Shown here piece by piece: positions 31,972-41,575 of a stretch of 64,000 nt of DNA. Under the pieces are notes generated by a model, which did not search any database, was not told the origin of the DNA, and was given only the letters and a program-made list of their open reading frames with translations. Location of the stretch: NCBI GenBank assembly GCA_000004985.1, contig GG738852.1. One strand, given 5' to 3'. The position numbers and the translations under genes are program-made. The DNA comes from Naegleria gruberi (lineage: Eukaryota). The first letter of the stretch is position 1, and every line of letters starts with the position of its first letter.

Positions 31972-33534
31972 TCAATCATAATCTTCATACCATCGATAAT
32001 AGGTCGATGCATCTCTTCTTCTTCTTGTACCTGGTTGAAACTCTGATAAATTCAAATATCCTTCATTTTCTCTAACTCGTTGAGAGGACGAAGAAGATTG
32101 TGATGAGGATTGAGATGAATCAAGAGAATCTTGACCCATTCTTTTTGCCTTACATACAGGGCAGGGAAAATCACTTTTGAATCCTTTCCATGTTTTTAAA
32201 CAATCCGAATGAACATTAATTCCACAATTGCAACAATAATCAGCATCAGCTTGATCTCTCCTCGTTGTAAATTTGTCACAACAAATTGGACAAGTTGTGT
32301 GACTATTTAGTGGATGTCTTATTGATTCTCCTTTCAAATGTTTGTACTGAGATATCGCTTCAGTACTCGCAATATTTACAGAGGGAACTGTTGGGGGAGC
32401 TCGTTGAAAGATGCATTGCAGCTCACCCCTTAGTAATGCGTTTTGATAGACTAGATATGAGGTTGCATCAACCCTGAGCACTTTTAACATGATAAAGAGC
32501 TAGAGGATTATATTTGTGTTGGTAGTTGACCATTAAAACTTACAATGTGTTTGCACAAGTTACCACCTTCAAAATCTGGACAAGAACACGATGGTTCCTC
32601 ACAAATTGAAACTGAATAAACATTTCCAGTCGAGCCCAAAACTACAAAATGTTCTTCAAATTCACTCTTAATCGTTCTCTCCACAAGAAATAATCTAAGA
32701 AAATTGAATATAGAGAAATAACATTGACAATTCTCAAACAATTTGAAAAACATACTTTTGTAAAAGTGCTCTTTCAATTCGTTGTTCAATTCTTGCTGGA
32801 CATTTTGAAATAAATCTTCTCTTTCTCTTTTCTTCTGATTTTGGTGGACTGGTTGGCAGCTCAATTGGTCTTGATGTAATCTTTGGTGTAGATGCTCTTG
32901 GTGGCGACAGATCCTGAGACGAACTTGCAATACGAGATTCTGCTTTTGCTCTAGGAGGTGTCACTATTCCCAAATTATCAAAAATAGATGAATTCAGTAT
33001 ATCATCATCACTATCCTCCACTATTTCCACAATTTCTCTTTTAACTGATGAAGAGTTTTCCAATTTTTCCTTCTTAGTTGGTGAAATATATTCCGACTTG
33101 CATTTTTCCTTCTTTGTTGGAGTATATTTCCTCTTCTTTTCCATTACTTCCTCAATATCAACACTTCCATCACTGGCATCCTCATTCTCATTCTCATCAT
33201 CATCATCACTGCCAGGTGCTGTTGTTGATTTAATGATGATGATTGGCTTATCTACTGTCACCATCTTCCGAAGAGAAGATTCAATATTAGCAGCAATTGC
33301 ACTATTACTAGTAGTGGTAGTAGTGGTAATATTACTAGTGGTTGTGCTAACTATTTTCCTGTGGTCATTATTTTCCAATTCTTCTTGATAATATTCCTTA
33401 ATCTTCTCAATAAGTTGTTCCTTTTTCAATGATGAACATTTTTTGTAAATTCCCAATTCCTTCATGTGTTCCTTCAGTTGATCCACTTTTAATCCCCACA
33501 AATCCAATTCGGAATGAAAATGGTGAGTTGACAT
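31972..33534 (-). CDS. SAP-domain / SWIM zinc-finger / RING-PHD-type zinc-finger protein (putative E3 ubiquitin ligase); 3 exons
   Basis: Exon 1 (33534-32756) has a SAP-like motif (LKVDQLKEHMKELGIYKKCSSLKKEQLIEKIKEYY) and acidic/Ser-rich low complexity. A 61-nt GTATGT intron spans 32755-32695. Exon 2 (32694-32544) carries the SWIM signature CSCPDFEGGNLCKH, which is CxCx(n)CxH. A 44-nt GTAAGT intron spans 32543-32500. Exon 3 (32499-31972) carries a C4HC3 zinc finger: CPICC...CCNCGINVHSDC...CPVCK. Phases check at both junctions. Confidence 0.65.
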
Positions 33535-33873
33535 GATGAATTTTTTTTTAATTTTTTAATTTCAATAAATTTCAGTAATATTTAAATATTAATCTGATAG
33601 AGAGTTGACATTTCAAGGAGCGAGTAAGATTTTTTGGTCTTATTACATTACCAACAATGAGATTCATTGAGAAACACAAAAGTTTGATTCCAAATAGATA
33701 GATATCAAGTCATCAACAGAAATAAACACAATAATACAGTGTACGAGTTTGACATTATAATAAATGTACTCCATTCTCCTCCCCTTACTGCTCAATAATA
33801 ACAACTGACTCTATAATTGCTCAAAAAACAATTTTCACAAGTGAAATAATCATCTCCCTCACTCCATACAAAA

Positions 33874-34495
33874 ATGGCACGCTCACATCTTGCTTTTGTG
33901 ATCTGCAGTGTTGTTATCTTACTAATCTCCACATGTGTGAATGGTGGTGCTTCTGGTTTGTGGTAACAACGTAAGAATAATCAATATAGAACTAATTCTA
34001 TTGGGTTCAATGGAAAACACCAGCCGTTTAGAAAAGTTCAGAGTAAGAGATGGTTTCAAATTCAATTCAAGTATTGAAATTACTCAAGGTCAACCCAGAA
34101 ATTTGGTTTCTATGGATAGAGAAAATATGGTTGCCATTACTAACACTAAGAATGACGATGAGGCAAGCTATCTTTCAGTTGTCATTTTCAAGAGTGGTTT
34201 ATTCGAAACTACTGAAATAATTCCGCCTAGATATCCACCAAACCTAGCAGGTTGTGATTTCCCATTGCTATCAGGCAGTACCACAAACTTCAAGATTGAT
34301 ACTTATGAAGTCGAAGTTTCCTGCACTGACAACATGGACAGAGTTTACAATGTTTTTACAACAAGTTATGTCGTTAATTACAATCAGGCACTTGCTGGCA
34401 CTCAAGTCAAAGCAATACCAAAAGATTTTAGATTGGGTTTGACAAAGCTTTCAAAATCTCATGCCTTAATTGCCAAGAATATTCAAAATGGATAG
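33874..34495 (+). CDS. Hypothetical small secreted protein; tentative 2-exon model
   Basis: The ATG at 33874 opens a signal peptide (MARSHLAFVICSVVILLISTCVNGGAS). A possible 34-nt intron (GTTTGT...TATAG) would join it in frame to the ORF 33941-34495, which has no recognisable domain. Without splicing, the protein would instead start at the internal Met (MENTSRLEKF...). Confidence 0.3.
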
Positions 34496-34708
34496 GATAT
34501 CATGTCTGAAATGGGCGAAACTATTACAACCATTCAATCTTCAATGGCAGCAAAGAGTTGTGAAATTATCACCTCTTCCAATAATATATTTTATGCATTT
34601 TGTTGGGATGGAATGGATGTTGTGAAAATTGAATCAAAGCAATTACCTATTGTTTAACAAAATAAAGTTTAATCTTAAAGTTTAGTTTACAATAATATTC
34701 GAAAAAAA

Positions 34709-35965
34709 ATGAAAAGAAAACTTGAAAAGAAACAAGTGCTTGTGGGAAAGAAGATCAAAATGAAGAGCATTGAATTATTCCCTGATGATATTTGTTATGA
34801 AATATTAAAATATTTAAATTTTCAACAAGTGCTACTGAACGCATGTAAAATTTCAAAGCAATTTTACAGAATTTCCACCACAAGATATGAATTTACAATC
34901 AAATCGGAAGAAACTGCTGATGATTGGTTCAAATACAAAAGTATTTGGACTAAATTTGTTAAATATTGTGAAAAACACCATTGCCCCTATTTGAAGAATG
35001 TTAGAACATTGATAATTATTGACGTGTTGTTGGTTTTAGATGATGATGAATGGGAAATTGTTTGTGCAATGAAGGAATTGAGAGAATTGAGATTGGAAAT
35101 TTTTATTAAAACTTTGGAAAACAAGCAAATTCAAATGTTGGCTAAACATTTAACAAAACTGGAAAAGATTATATTAGGTGGTAATGTTAGTGATGAAAAT
35201 GTTCAACAATTTCAATTATTTCCAAATTTAACAAGTTTGAAAATACCACAGGGTCATATTACTAATTTGAAAAATATAGCCAAATTAGAAAAATTGACTG
35301 AATTGGATATTGGAGAATGTTGTGATATTGTGTTGGACGATGGTCTCAGTCCTCTGGCTTTAATGAAAAATCTGACAAGTTTGTCTCTTTCAAAAATTGT
35401 ATTCGCACCTGAAGAGTACAAGCCCATCACACAATTACCTCGCCTTGTCTCTTTGGATGTGTCCTCTTCAGATAATACTGTTGAATCAATCAAGATATTG
35501 ACAAGCTCACTAAAGCAGTTAACAATATTTAACATTAGCAACAATTTTCTGATTGGGGATGAAGCTGCTCGATTAATTGGAGAATCACTGAAACAATTAA
35601 CATTTTTAAACATCAGCAATACCAATTTACAACCACAAGGAGTTAAATATATTTGTGAATTGACAGAGTTGAGACATCTTGAAATGGGAGAAAATCAGAT
35701 TTTCGATCAGGAGGTGGTTTTCATTTGCAAATCAAAATTTTCATCCAAATTGACAAACTTGGATTTGAAAAATACTAGAATTTCAAAAGAATGTCTCAAA
35801 TCACTATCTACACTCGACAATCTTCAATATCTTAATTTGATGTTTACAGAAATAGACAAATCCAACATTACATTTCCATTCAAGAAATTGAGATTCCTCA
35901 CACTTAAGGAAAATAACCTAGATGGAGATGAATTGGAAGAATTGACCAATTTCAATCAACAATAA
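34709..35965 (+). CDS. F-box-like / leucine-rich repeat protein
   Basis: 418-aa ORF. The N-terminus has an F-box-like motif (LFPDDICYEILKYLNFQQVLLNACKISKQFYRI). Multiple LRRs follow (LTELDIGECCDIVLDDGLSPL..., LTFLNISNTNLQPQGVKYICELTELRHLEMGENQI...). Confidence 0.7.
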   Translation: MKRKLEKKQVLVGKKIKMKSIELFPDDICYEILKYLNFQQVLLNACKISKQFYRISTTRYEFTIKSEETADDWFKYKSIWTKFVKYCEKHHCPYLKNVRTLIIIDVLLVLDDDEWEIVCAMKELRELRLEIFIKTLENKQIQMLAKHLTKLEKIILGGNVSDENVQQFQLFPNLTSLKIPQGHITNLKNIAKLEKLTELDIGECCDIVLDDGLSPLALMKNLTSLSLSKIVFAPEEYKPITQLPRLVSLDVSSSDNTVESIKILTSSLKQLTIFNISNNFLIGDEAARLIGESLKQLTFLNISNTNLQPQGVKYICELTELRHLEMGENQIFDQEVVFICKSKFSSKLTNLDLKNTRISKECLKSLSTLDNLQYLNLMFTEIDKSNITFPFKKLRFLTLKENNLDGDELEELTNFNQQ

Positions 35966-36030
35966 TCCACACACATTTCAACAATTCAACAATTCATGGA
36001 TGAACTTGATTAATTTTCATTACAAAAAAA

Positions 36031-36978
36031 ATGGCGCAACATGAACTTGTTTCCTTACCCGATGAAATAATCATGGAAATTTTAACGATGGCCTCCGATA
36101 GCATTGGTAGTGTGATGAAGTTCGGAATGACCTGCACATCACTCTATGAAATAATAACTCAGAGAGGAACGCTGCTATGGACGAACGTTTTGGAGAGAAT
36201 GAAGAGAGAAGATGGTACTCGTTTCAAGAAAAATGTCTTGTCCATTTTGGATATTGATCAACGGCACATGCCAGATAAATGTCAGCGATTGATGAAAATT
36301 GTAAGGCATCAGTATCGTTTTCAAGTAAAGAAAAGAATTGTTTCAAAAGTGCGAAATGAAAGAATTGTGCAAGAAAAGAAGAAGTTCATTGAGAATGTGA
36401 AAGTGGAGGATGAAATAATCAAGAAAATAATCAATCCATTCAAGGGGTCTATATACCATTTCTACTCACCTGAAAATTTCATTTGTGCAAGATATGGAGG
36501 ATCTTTTGAACGATTTTTGTATTTTCTAATGTCTGACAAGTTGGCCCATTTTACAATGAAAGAGACTGTGGATCATTTATTCAAAAAGACAAATGCACAT
36601 CAAAAACTGACTTTGAAGAATAGATTTGGAGGAAAGAGTTCAGAATTTTATAGTTGGGTTATGCTAGCATATAATCGTGAATATTATGTGAACCAACTTA
36701 TTTCTCTATTGGAATTTGTAACCAATGTACAGGACGCTGTTTTTTTGATAACATTTATCTATTTTGAATGCCCGATTTATCATGAAAAGGTGAATTATCA
36801 ATTTATCAAATCGTGGACTGGACTAACAGTAGATCAGGAAAAGGACGGGAACTTTCTTAAACATTTGAAAAATATTCTCAAAGAAAATCAATCTATTCTC
36901 AATCAAAATTCAAACATTATTTCACAAGCTCTCACTGAGGTTAAGCTCCAACTTTATGGACCAAAATTAAAGCATTAA
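36031..36978 (+). CDS. Hypothetical protein with N-terminal F-box-like motif
   Basis: 315-aa ORF. The N-terminus LPDEIIMEILTMASDSIGSVMKFGMTCTSLYEII is F-box-like. It lies only 66 bp downstream of the previous F-box gene. Its stop codon is 14 bp from the stop of the convergent gene at 36992. Confidence 0.5.
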   Translation: MAQHELVSLPDEIIMEILTMASDSIGSVMKFGMTCTSLYEIITQRGTLLWTNVLERMKREDGTRFKKNVLSILDIDQRHMPDKCQRLMKIVRHQYRFQVKKRIVSKVRNERIVQEKKKFIENVKVEDEIIKKIINPFKGSIYHFYSPENFICARYGGSFERFLYFLMSDKLAHFTMKETVDHLFKKTNAHQKLTLKNRFGGKSSEFYSWVMLAYNREYYVNQLISLLEFVTNVQDAVFLITFIYFECPIYHEKVNYQFIKSWTGLTVDQEKDGNFLKHLKNILKENQSILNQNSNIISQALTEVKLQLYGPKLKH

Positions 36979-36991
36979 AGAAATTATTTAA

Positions 36992-38800
36992 TTACTCAAT
37001 TGTACATGGAAGATTATTAATCTCGAAAACTCTCTTCATAATATCAAAGTGATATTGGATATTTGGATGTATATCATGAAAATACAAACCCTTATCAATG
37101 ATCATATGGATAAGGTTTTTGTCTTGTTTTAACCTTTCGCTGGCATATCTTATTGATCTTGGATTGTTCAACACTGCCTTGTATACAATTTCTCTATCAT
37201 CCCTTAATTCTGGATTCAAATACTCAAGCCATTCTCCCTGCTTACTCACCAATTCTAGTGCCAATAATCTTGGAATTCCATGTAAAGATTTTGCAGGAAA
37301 GTAAGTAGCGTCATCGATTGAAATTATCCTCAAAAGCTGGCCACATTTTAACATTTCATCTGAAACAAATACAATACTATATGGATCTATCTTAACAAGT
37401 TCTTTCATGAATTCCATATCGTTCCATAAATTTGGATCTATCATTTGTTGGAGTTTGTCATTGAGGATTAGTAATGGTTTTTTCTTTTTGAATAGTTCCT
37501 TAATAAGTTCTCTGTCCGATCTGTACTTTGCAGGTATTTCTTTGAAATGAATCAAGTATTGAAGAGCTGATTCTCTAGTGTCAACCTTTTCCAGATTTCT
37601 CTTTATAAATCCTTTGTAATTTTCAATGAATTCTTTAATTTCTTCTGCAGGATTGACTACTTGTTTACAGATGCTGTCAGCGAGAGATCCATTTCCAAAC
37701 AAATCTTTCACAATTCTTTTAAAGTACTTATTGGTAAATTGCTTATTTTCCAACAAATCCTTATCCGACATTGATAATGGAGCTTTGAGTCCCAATGAGA
37801 GAATCACATCTGGATCCCTGCTACAATAGCAACTATAAGAAAAACCGGGCTCAATTTTGAGAGCCTTAATCATGAATTCCTTATCCTTTAACAGTTCCTT
37901 TCCAACAAATTGCAAAATATATTGTGGATGATTACCCATGCCTGTTTCTATTAATCCATAATCTTGACCAGATTTAATGGCAGCCATGGCAATCTTTGGA
38001 TCATTCTTGAGATTATCAGTTGCATGTGCAATAGAATATGGATTTGAATTGACAGCTTGCATGACAATTTCTGGATCTGATTTAAAAGTATCGCTTGCAA
38101 ATTTCAAAGCAGCACCATTTAACTTTACAGCCTTTGAGACAATTGACTTGTCATTCTTGAATTTCTCTTCAACAAATTGCAAAGCGAGTGGATTACTTTT
38201 GACAGCCATTAATACTACTGCCTTTTTGTTTCTCAATTTTTCACTAGCAAATTTGATACATTCTCCTTGTTTTCTAATGGCCTTTAACATGAGTTCTTTA
38301 TCATCTTTAATCAAAGGTATCACCTTTGACCAGTCATGATCATGAATATGTGAATTCAAGTCTAATAATTTGTTAATGACATCTCTGTCATGTAGCAATT
38401 CTTCTGGAAGATGATCGAGAACCAATCTGTTCAATTTCATAATCACCTCCTTATCCTTCCTAAATTCCTCTGGCAAATGATCAATTTGAATAAATTCCGA
38501 TTTTGAATCGAGTAATTTCATAATAAAATCTCTATCCTTAGTGGTGGATAACCTTTCTCTGAAATCCAACAATCCAATCCTATACAATTCCCTCAGGCAT
38601 TCAATCTTGTTATTGGTGAATAAATAATTTTCGAGAGTTTTTTCCCTTTTATTACTTGTTGTGTTGAGAAATTGTGATGATGAGAAATTTCTAGTCATTG
38701 TAAATATTGACGATGATGATTTGAGAGTTTGAATGAATCCCGAAGATGGTGATGAACCCTGTAAGGAGAACAATCTAACCTTGTTAACAAGTTGTTTCAT
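36992..38800 (-). CDS. DUF4116-repeat protein
   Basis: 602-aa ORF with at least 8 tandem units of about 35 aa. The units follow the pattern D.E.V..AV..N..AL.YAS..LK.D (e.g. DKSIVSKAVKLNGAALKFASDTFKSDPEIVMQAVNSNPYSIAHATDNLKNDPKIAMAAIKSG; DREIVYKAVLNNPRSIRYASERLKQDKNLI), which is typical of DUF4116. Confidence 0.6.
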   Translation of the reverse strand: MKQLVNKVRLFSLQGSSPSSGFIQTLKSSSSIFTMTRNFSSSQFLNTTSNKREKTLENYLFTNNKIECLRELYRIGLLDFRERLSTTKDRDFIMKLLDSKSEFIQIDHLPEEFRKDKEVIMKLNRLVLDHLPEELLHDRDVINKLLDLNSHIHDHDWSKVIPLIKDDKELMLKAIRKQGECIKFASEKLRNKKAVVLMAVKSNPLALQFVEEKFKNDKSIVSKAVKLNGAALKFASDTFKSDPEIVMQAVNSNPYSIAHATDNLKNDPKIAMAAIKSGQDYGLIETGMGNHPQYILQFVGKELLKDKEFMIKALKIEPGFSYSCYCSRDPDVILSLGLKAPLSMSDKDLLENKQFTNKYFKRIVKDLFGNGSLADSICKQVVNPAEEIKEFIENYKGFIKRNLEKVDTRESALQYLIHFKEIPAKYRSDRELIKELFKKKKPLLILNDKLQQMIDPNLWNDMEFMKELVKIDPYSIVFVSDEMLKCGQLLRIISIDDATYFPAKSLHGIPRLLALELVSKQGEWLEYLNPELRDDREIVYKAVLNNPRSIRYASERLKQDKNLIHMIIDKGLYFHDIHPNIQYHFDIMKRVFEINNLPCTIE

Positions 38801-39014
38801 TTTTTTGTGTAATAAATTGATTGGTCAACTACAATGATAACAATAAGATAATCAAATTGATTATATCAGAATAATTTATTTAGCATGTGTATTGTTTCAT
38901 CAAGTTACGATCTTATCTAACATTAAACCTTATAAGAGTAGGTAGGGTTATTCCTTTTCAATTTTGACTAATATATTTTGAATCAAAGACTCTAGAACAA
39001 TAATATTAGAAGAT

Positions 39015-39425
39015 CTAATCATCTTCGTCTTCATCTAATTTTTCACCAGCTGCAATCTTTCTGTCCTCCTCAAATCTCTGTTCAAAATAATCGGAAGGTG
39101 TATCACCCTTGTTTCCTCTATAAAACTCAGCTTTGAGAGCCATTCTTTGGAAAAAGTTATGATTATTCTCAGTGTACTTTAACTTTTCTTCCAATAGACA
39201 ATGTTGATAATCTCTCCTCTCGGGAATGACACATCTATTATAACTCTTTATCTTGACGCATTCCTTAAATATTTCTTGTTTTGGTTGGCAAGCTTCACTA
39301 ATCTTTCTTTCCAATTCTTCATTATCATCCCAATAGAACTTTTCAATAAAATTCATTTTGGATTTAATGTGTTTCTCCGATGTTGTTGTTGATGATGATG
39401 GATTATTGTTCTGACTTGAGGACAT
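39015..39425 (-). CDS. Small CHCH-type (Cx9C / Cx10C) protein, probably mitochondrial intermembrane-space (COX6B/NDUFB-like)
   Basis: 136 aa. CQPKQEIFKEC is Cx9C and CVIPERRDYQHC is Cx10C. An acidic C-terminal tail follows. No presequence. Confidence 0.45.
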   Translation of the reverse strand: MSSSQNNNPSSSTTTSEKHIKSKMNFIEKFYWDDNEELERKISEACQPKQEIFKECVKIKSYNRCVIPERRDYQHCLLEEKLKYTENNHNFFQRMALKAEFYRGNKGDTPSDYFEQRFEEDRKIAAGEKLDEDEDD

Positions 39426-39507
39426 TTTTTCAAATTAAAATTAATAATTTGAAAAACTCTTATGATATTATTATTATTAATATTAATTGTTGTTGATAAT
39501 ATAAAGA

Positions 39508-40044
39508 TTATAATTTTCTTCTCATGGCAACTGAAGCAATCAAATGAATAATTGGTAAAATACATAAACCACGATGAATTTGATACATTCTCGATGAGTA
39601 GAAAGTATCATCGAAGGGTTTGAACATATCACTCGGAAGAGGCTTATTATTCAGAGTGGCTTCATCATACATCCAAATATAATGTACCATCTTGGCTTTA
39701 AAAGAGGCCGATTGATGAGAGTTTGAACCATTACCAGCAACTCGTTGTCCATGCTCATTCAAGGCAATATTCACAGCATTACTAATTGGAAATTTGTTAT
39801 CAAAATCGAAGGAAACAGTGGCTTGTCCTTGTGATCCCTTGTTTTCTCTTTCGACAGAGTTTTGTTTAAAGACGACTGGAAAAGTTGAGGGAAAACGTTT
39901 TGCATTCGGACCTTGTTGTTTTAATTGATCGAGGAAATTCTCAGTCAATACATCCATTCTCTGTGGATGTTGATAGAGAAAGTAATAAGAAACGAGTGGT
40001 AAACTACACGAAAGAAGAAATGAAGCTGATTTCAATTTGGACAT
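39508..40044 (-). CDS. Hypothetical membrane protein (178 aa) with N-terminal signal/anchor and C-terminal hydrophobic helix
   Basis: MSKLKSASFLLSCSLPLVSYYFLY at the N-terminus and GLCILPIIHLIASVAM at the C-terminus. No recognisable family. Confidence 0.4.
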   Translation of the reverse strand: MSKLKSASFLLSCSLPLVSYYFLYQHPQRMDVLTENFLDQLKQQGPNAKRFPSTFPVVFKQNSVERENKGSQGQATVSFDFDNKFPISNAVNIALNEHGQRVAGNGSNSHQSASFKAKMVHYIWMYDEATLNNKPLPSDMFKPFDDTFYSSRMYQIHRGLCILPIIHLIASVAMRRKL

Positions 40045-40222
40045 TTTTTTACAATTTTAAGAATAATATTATTAAATACTTATCTATTAATATTTAACTT
40101 AATTAAACGAGTTGAATCTTGCTTAAAGTAATTCAGAGAGAAAACTTCCAGCTTTTGAAAGACTTCCAGAATTTTAAAGATTTGCTTGGCGCTAATTTTA
40201 ATCGTTTTTAAATCAAAAAAAA

Positions 40223-40591
40223 ATGAGCAACAACGATATTCAGCCATACCAACCAGTCTCTTACCCATACGTCAATGCACAAACCTTGAGAAATTATATC
40301 GGCAAGGAAGTAACCTTGATTGGTAGAGTTGTTTCACTTGTTAGCGATTCCGATGTTTTTGATGTTTTAACTCACGAAGGTACAGTCACAATTTACCACA
40401 ATAGTCCAGTCTCTTTTGATGAGAACGCATTTGTTATGATTAGAGGACAAGGTGAAGATTTGAATGGTTCTCCTTCTTTGCGATCAACATTTGCTCAACA
40501 ATTACACACAACCACTGATTTGGATATGGAAGTTTTTAACAATTTTATTCTCTTGGCCGAAGGAAAATTCAGAGATTTATTCTATGATTAG
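40223..40591 (+). CDS. Small OB-fold protein resembling replication protein A 14-kDa subunit (RPA3)
   Basis: 122 aa. The N-terminal VNAQTLRNYIGKEVTLIGRVVSL... and the C-terminal ...LDMEVFNNFILLAEGKFRDLFYD follow the RPA3 pattern (...L..yigk.V...Grv.......fD...fn........f..lF). A Ten1-like OB fold cannot be excluded. Confidence 0.4.
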   Translation: MSNNDIQPYQPVSYPYVNAQTLRNYIGKEVTLIGRVVSLVSDSDVFDVLTHEGTVTIYHNSPVSFDENAFVMIRGQGEDLNGSPSLRSTFAQQLHTTTDLDMEVFNNFILLAEGKFRDLFYD

Positions 40592-40984
40592 AGACTCTAG
40601 AACACTATTATTTAATTATATTGTAAATACACCAAACCATTTCAATGGACTAGGAGATACATTCAACATCAATTTGATATGCGAAAGTCTACCACAGAGA
40701 TGTTGTTTTTGTAATAATAAATTATTAAATAATTAATTAGAATACCAATGATGTCTTTACTGCACATTTGAATATTCTCTTCATTCCGAGAGAGATTACA
40801 CCATTTACATAATTGCGTTTCAATAATTCAATCGTAAATTTTAAGCAAGTTGAACAGCACAACAGAACTATCCGTTTTTTATTCAAACAAAAAAATCCTT
40901 AATTCCTTCAACAACCTTCTTCTCAAGTTGCTACTATTGCTGGAGAACGTATACGTTTGAATATTAGCATCAATTTTAAACAAA

Positions 40985-41539
40985 ATGTCTAGTGGAGCCT
41001 ATCATGTAAAGGTAAAAATTGGAAACTACAATGAGGAACAATGGGATCAACAATTTGCAAAGAAGGAGGCTCCTCCGAGATTATTAGGACTTCAACACAA
41101 TACCTACCAAACAACCTATTCGACAGAACATTCAATTCATAATTCCCTCGATAGAAGGAAGGTTGAAAATCTTACTCGAAGTGTCAATGTAAATTCTCTC
41201 AAATTAAGGGAAAGTTCAAAAGTTACAGATGATAATCAACAAGTATTTTCAAAGGCCTTCCCAGGGCATCAACCAGAATTGGACCACAACAATAAGCAAG
41301 TACTAAACCAGGAGAGGAGTAATGAAGAGGCCTACTATCGTAGCACTTCTGCTGCCACCTATTCAAATCCTAGAAATTCTCCAATACCTAAAGAAACCCT
41401 CACTTATTTACCTCCAAACCAATTGAATGAATATAGAAAAACATGGACCTCGAAACAAGCAAGAGATATGCACTCAGAGTATCAGAGAGAGCATGGATCA
41501 GTAGCTGACAAAAGAACAGCCGAATATAATAAACGTTAA
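40985..41539 (+). CDS. Hypothetical hydrophilic protein (184 aa)
   Basis: An ATG-initiated ORF in an otherwise empty 400-bp gap. It is charged and Gln/Asn-rich, with no recognisable domain. Its stop lies 37 bp from the stop of the convergent PP2C gene. Confidence 0.35.
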   Translation: MSSGAYHVKVKIGNYNEEQWDQQFAKKEAPPRLLGLQHNTYQTTYSTEHSIHNSLDRRKVENLTRSVNVNSLKLRESSKVTDDNQQVFSKAFPGHQPELDHNNKQVLNQERSNEEAYYRSTSAATYSNPRNSPIPKETLTYLPPNQLNEYRKTWTSKQARDMHSEYQREHGSVADKRTAEYNKR

Positions 41540-41575
41540 ATGTAAAATAATAAATTGTAAAATATTTATTACAAT

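Noticed and set aside
33941-34495. ORF-track start (M) of the 184-aa ORF and several other ORF-track N-termini (e.g. 10653, 21512, 45714, 52550, 57029, 63447)
   Set aside because: Inspection of the codons shows these M are GTG/TTG alternative starts called by the ORF finder. The biologically relevant starts are upstream ATGs or upstream exons as modelled in the feature list.
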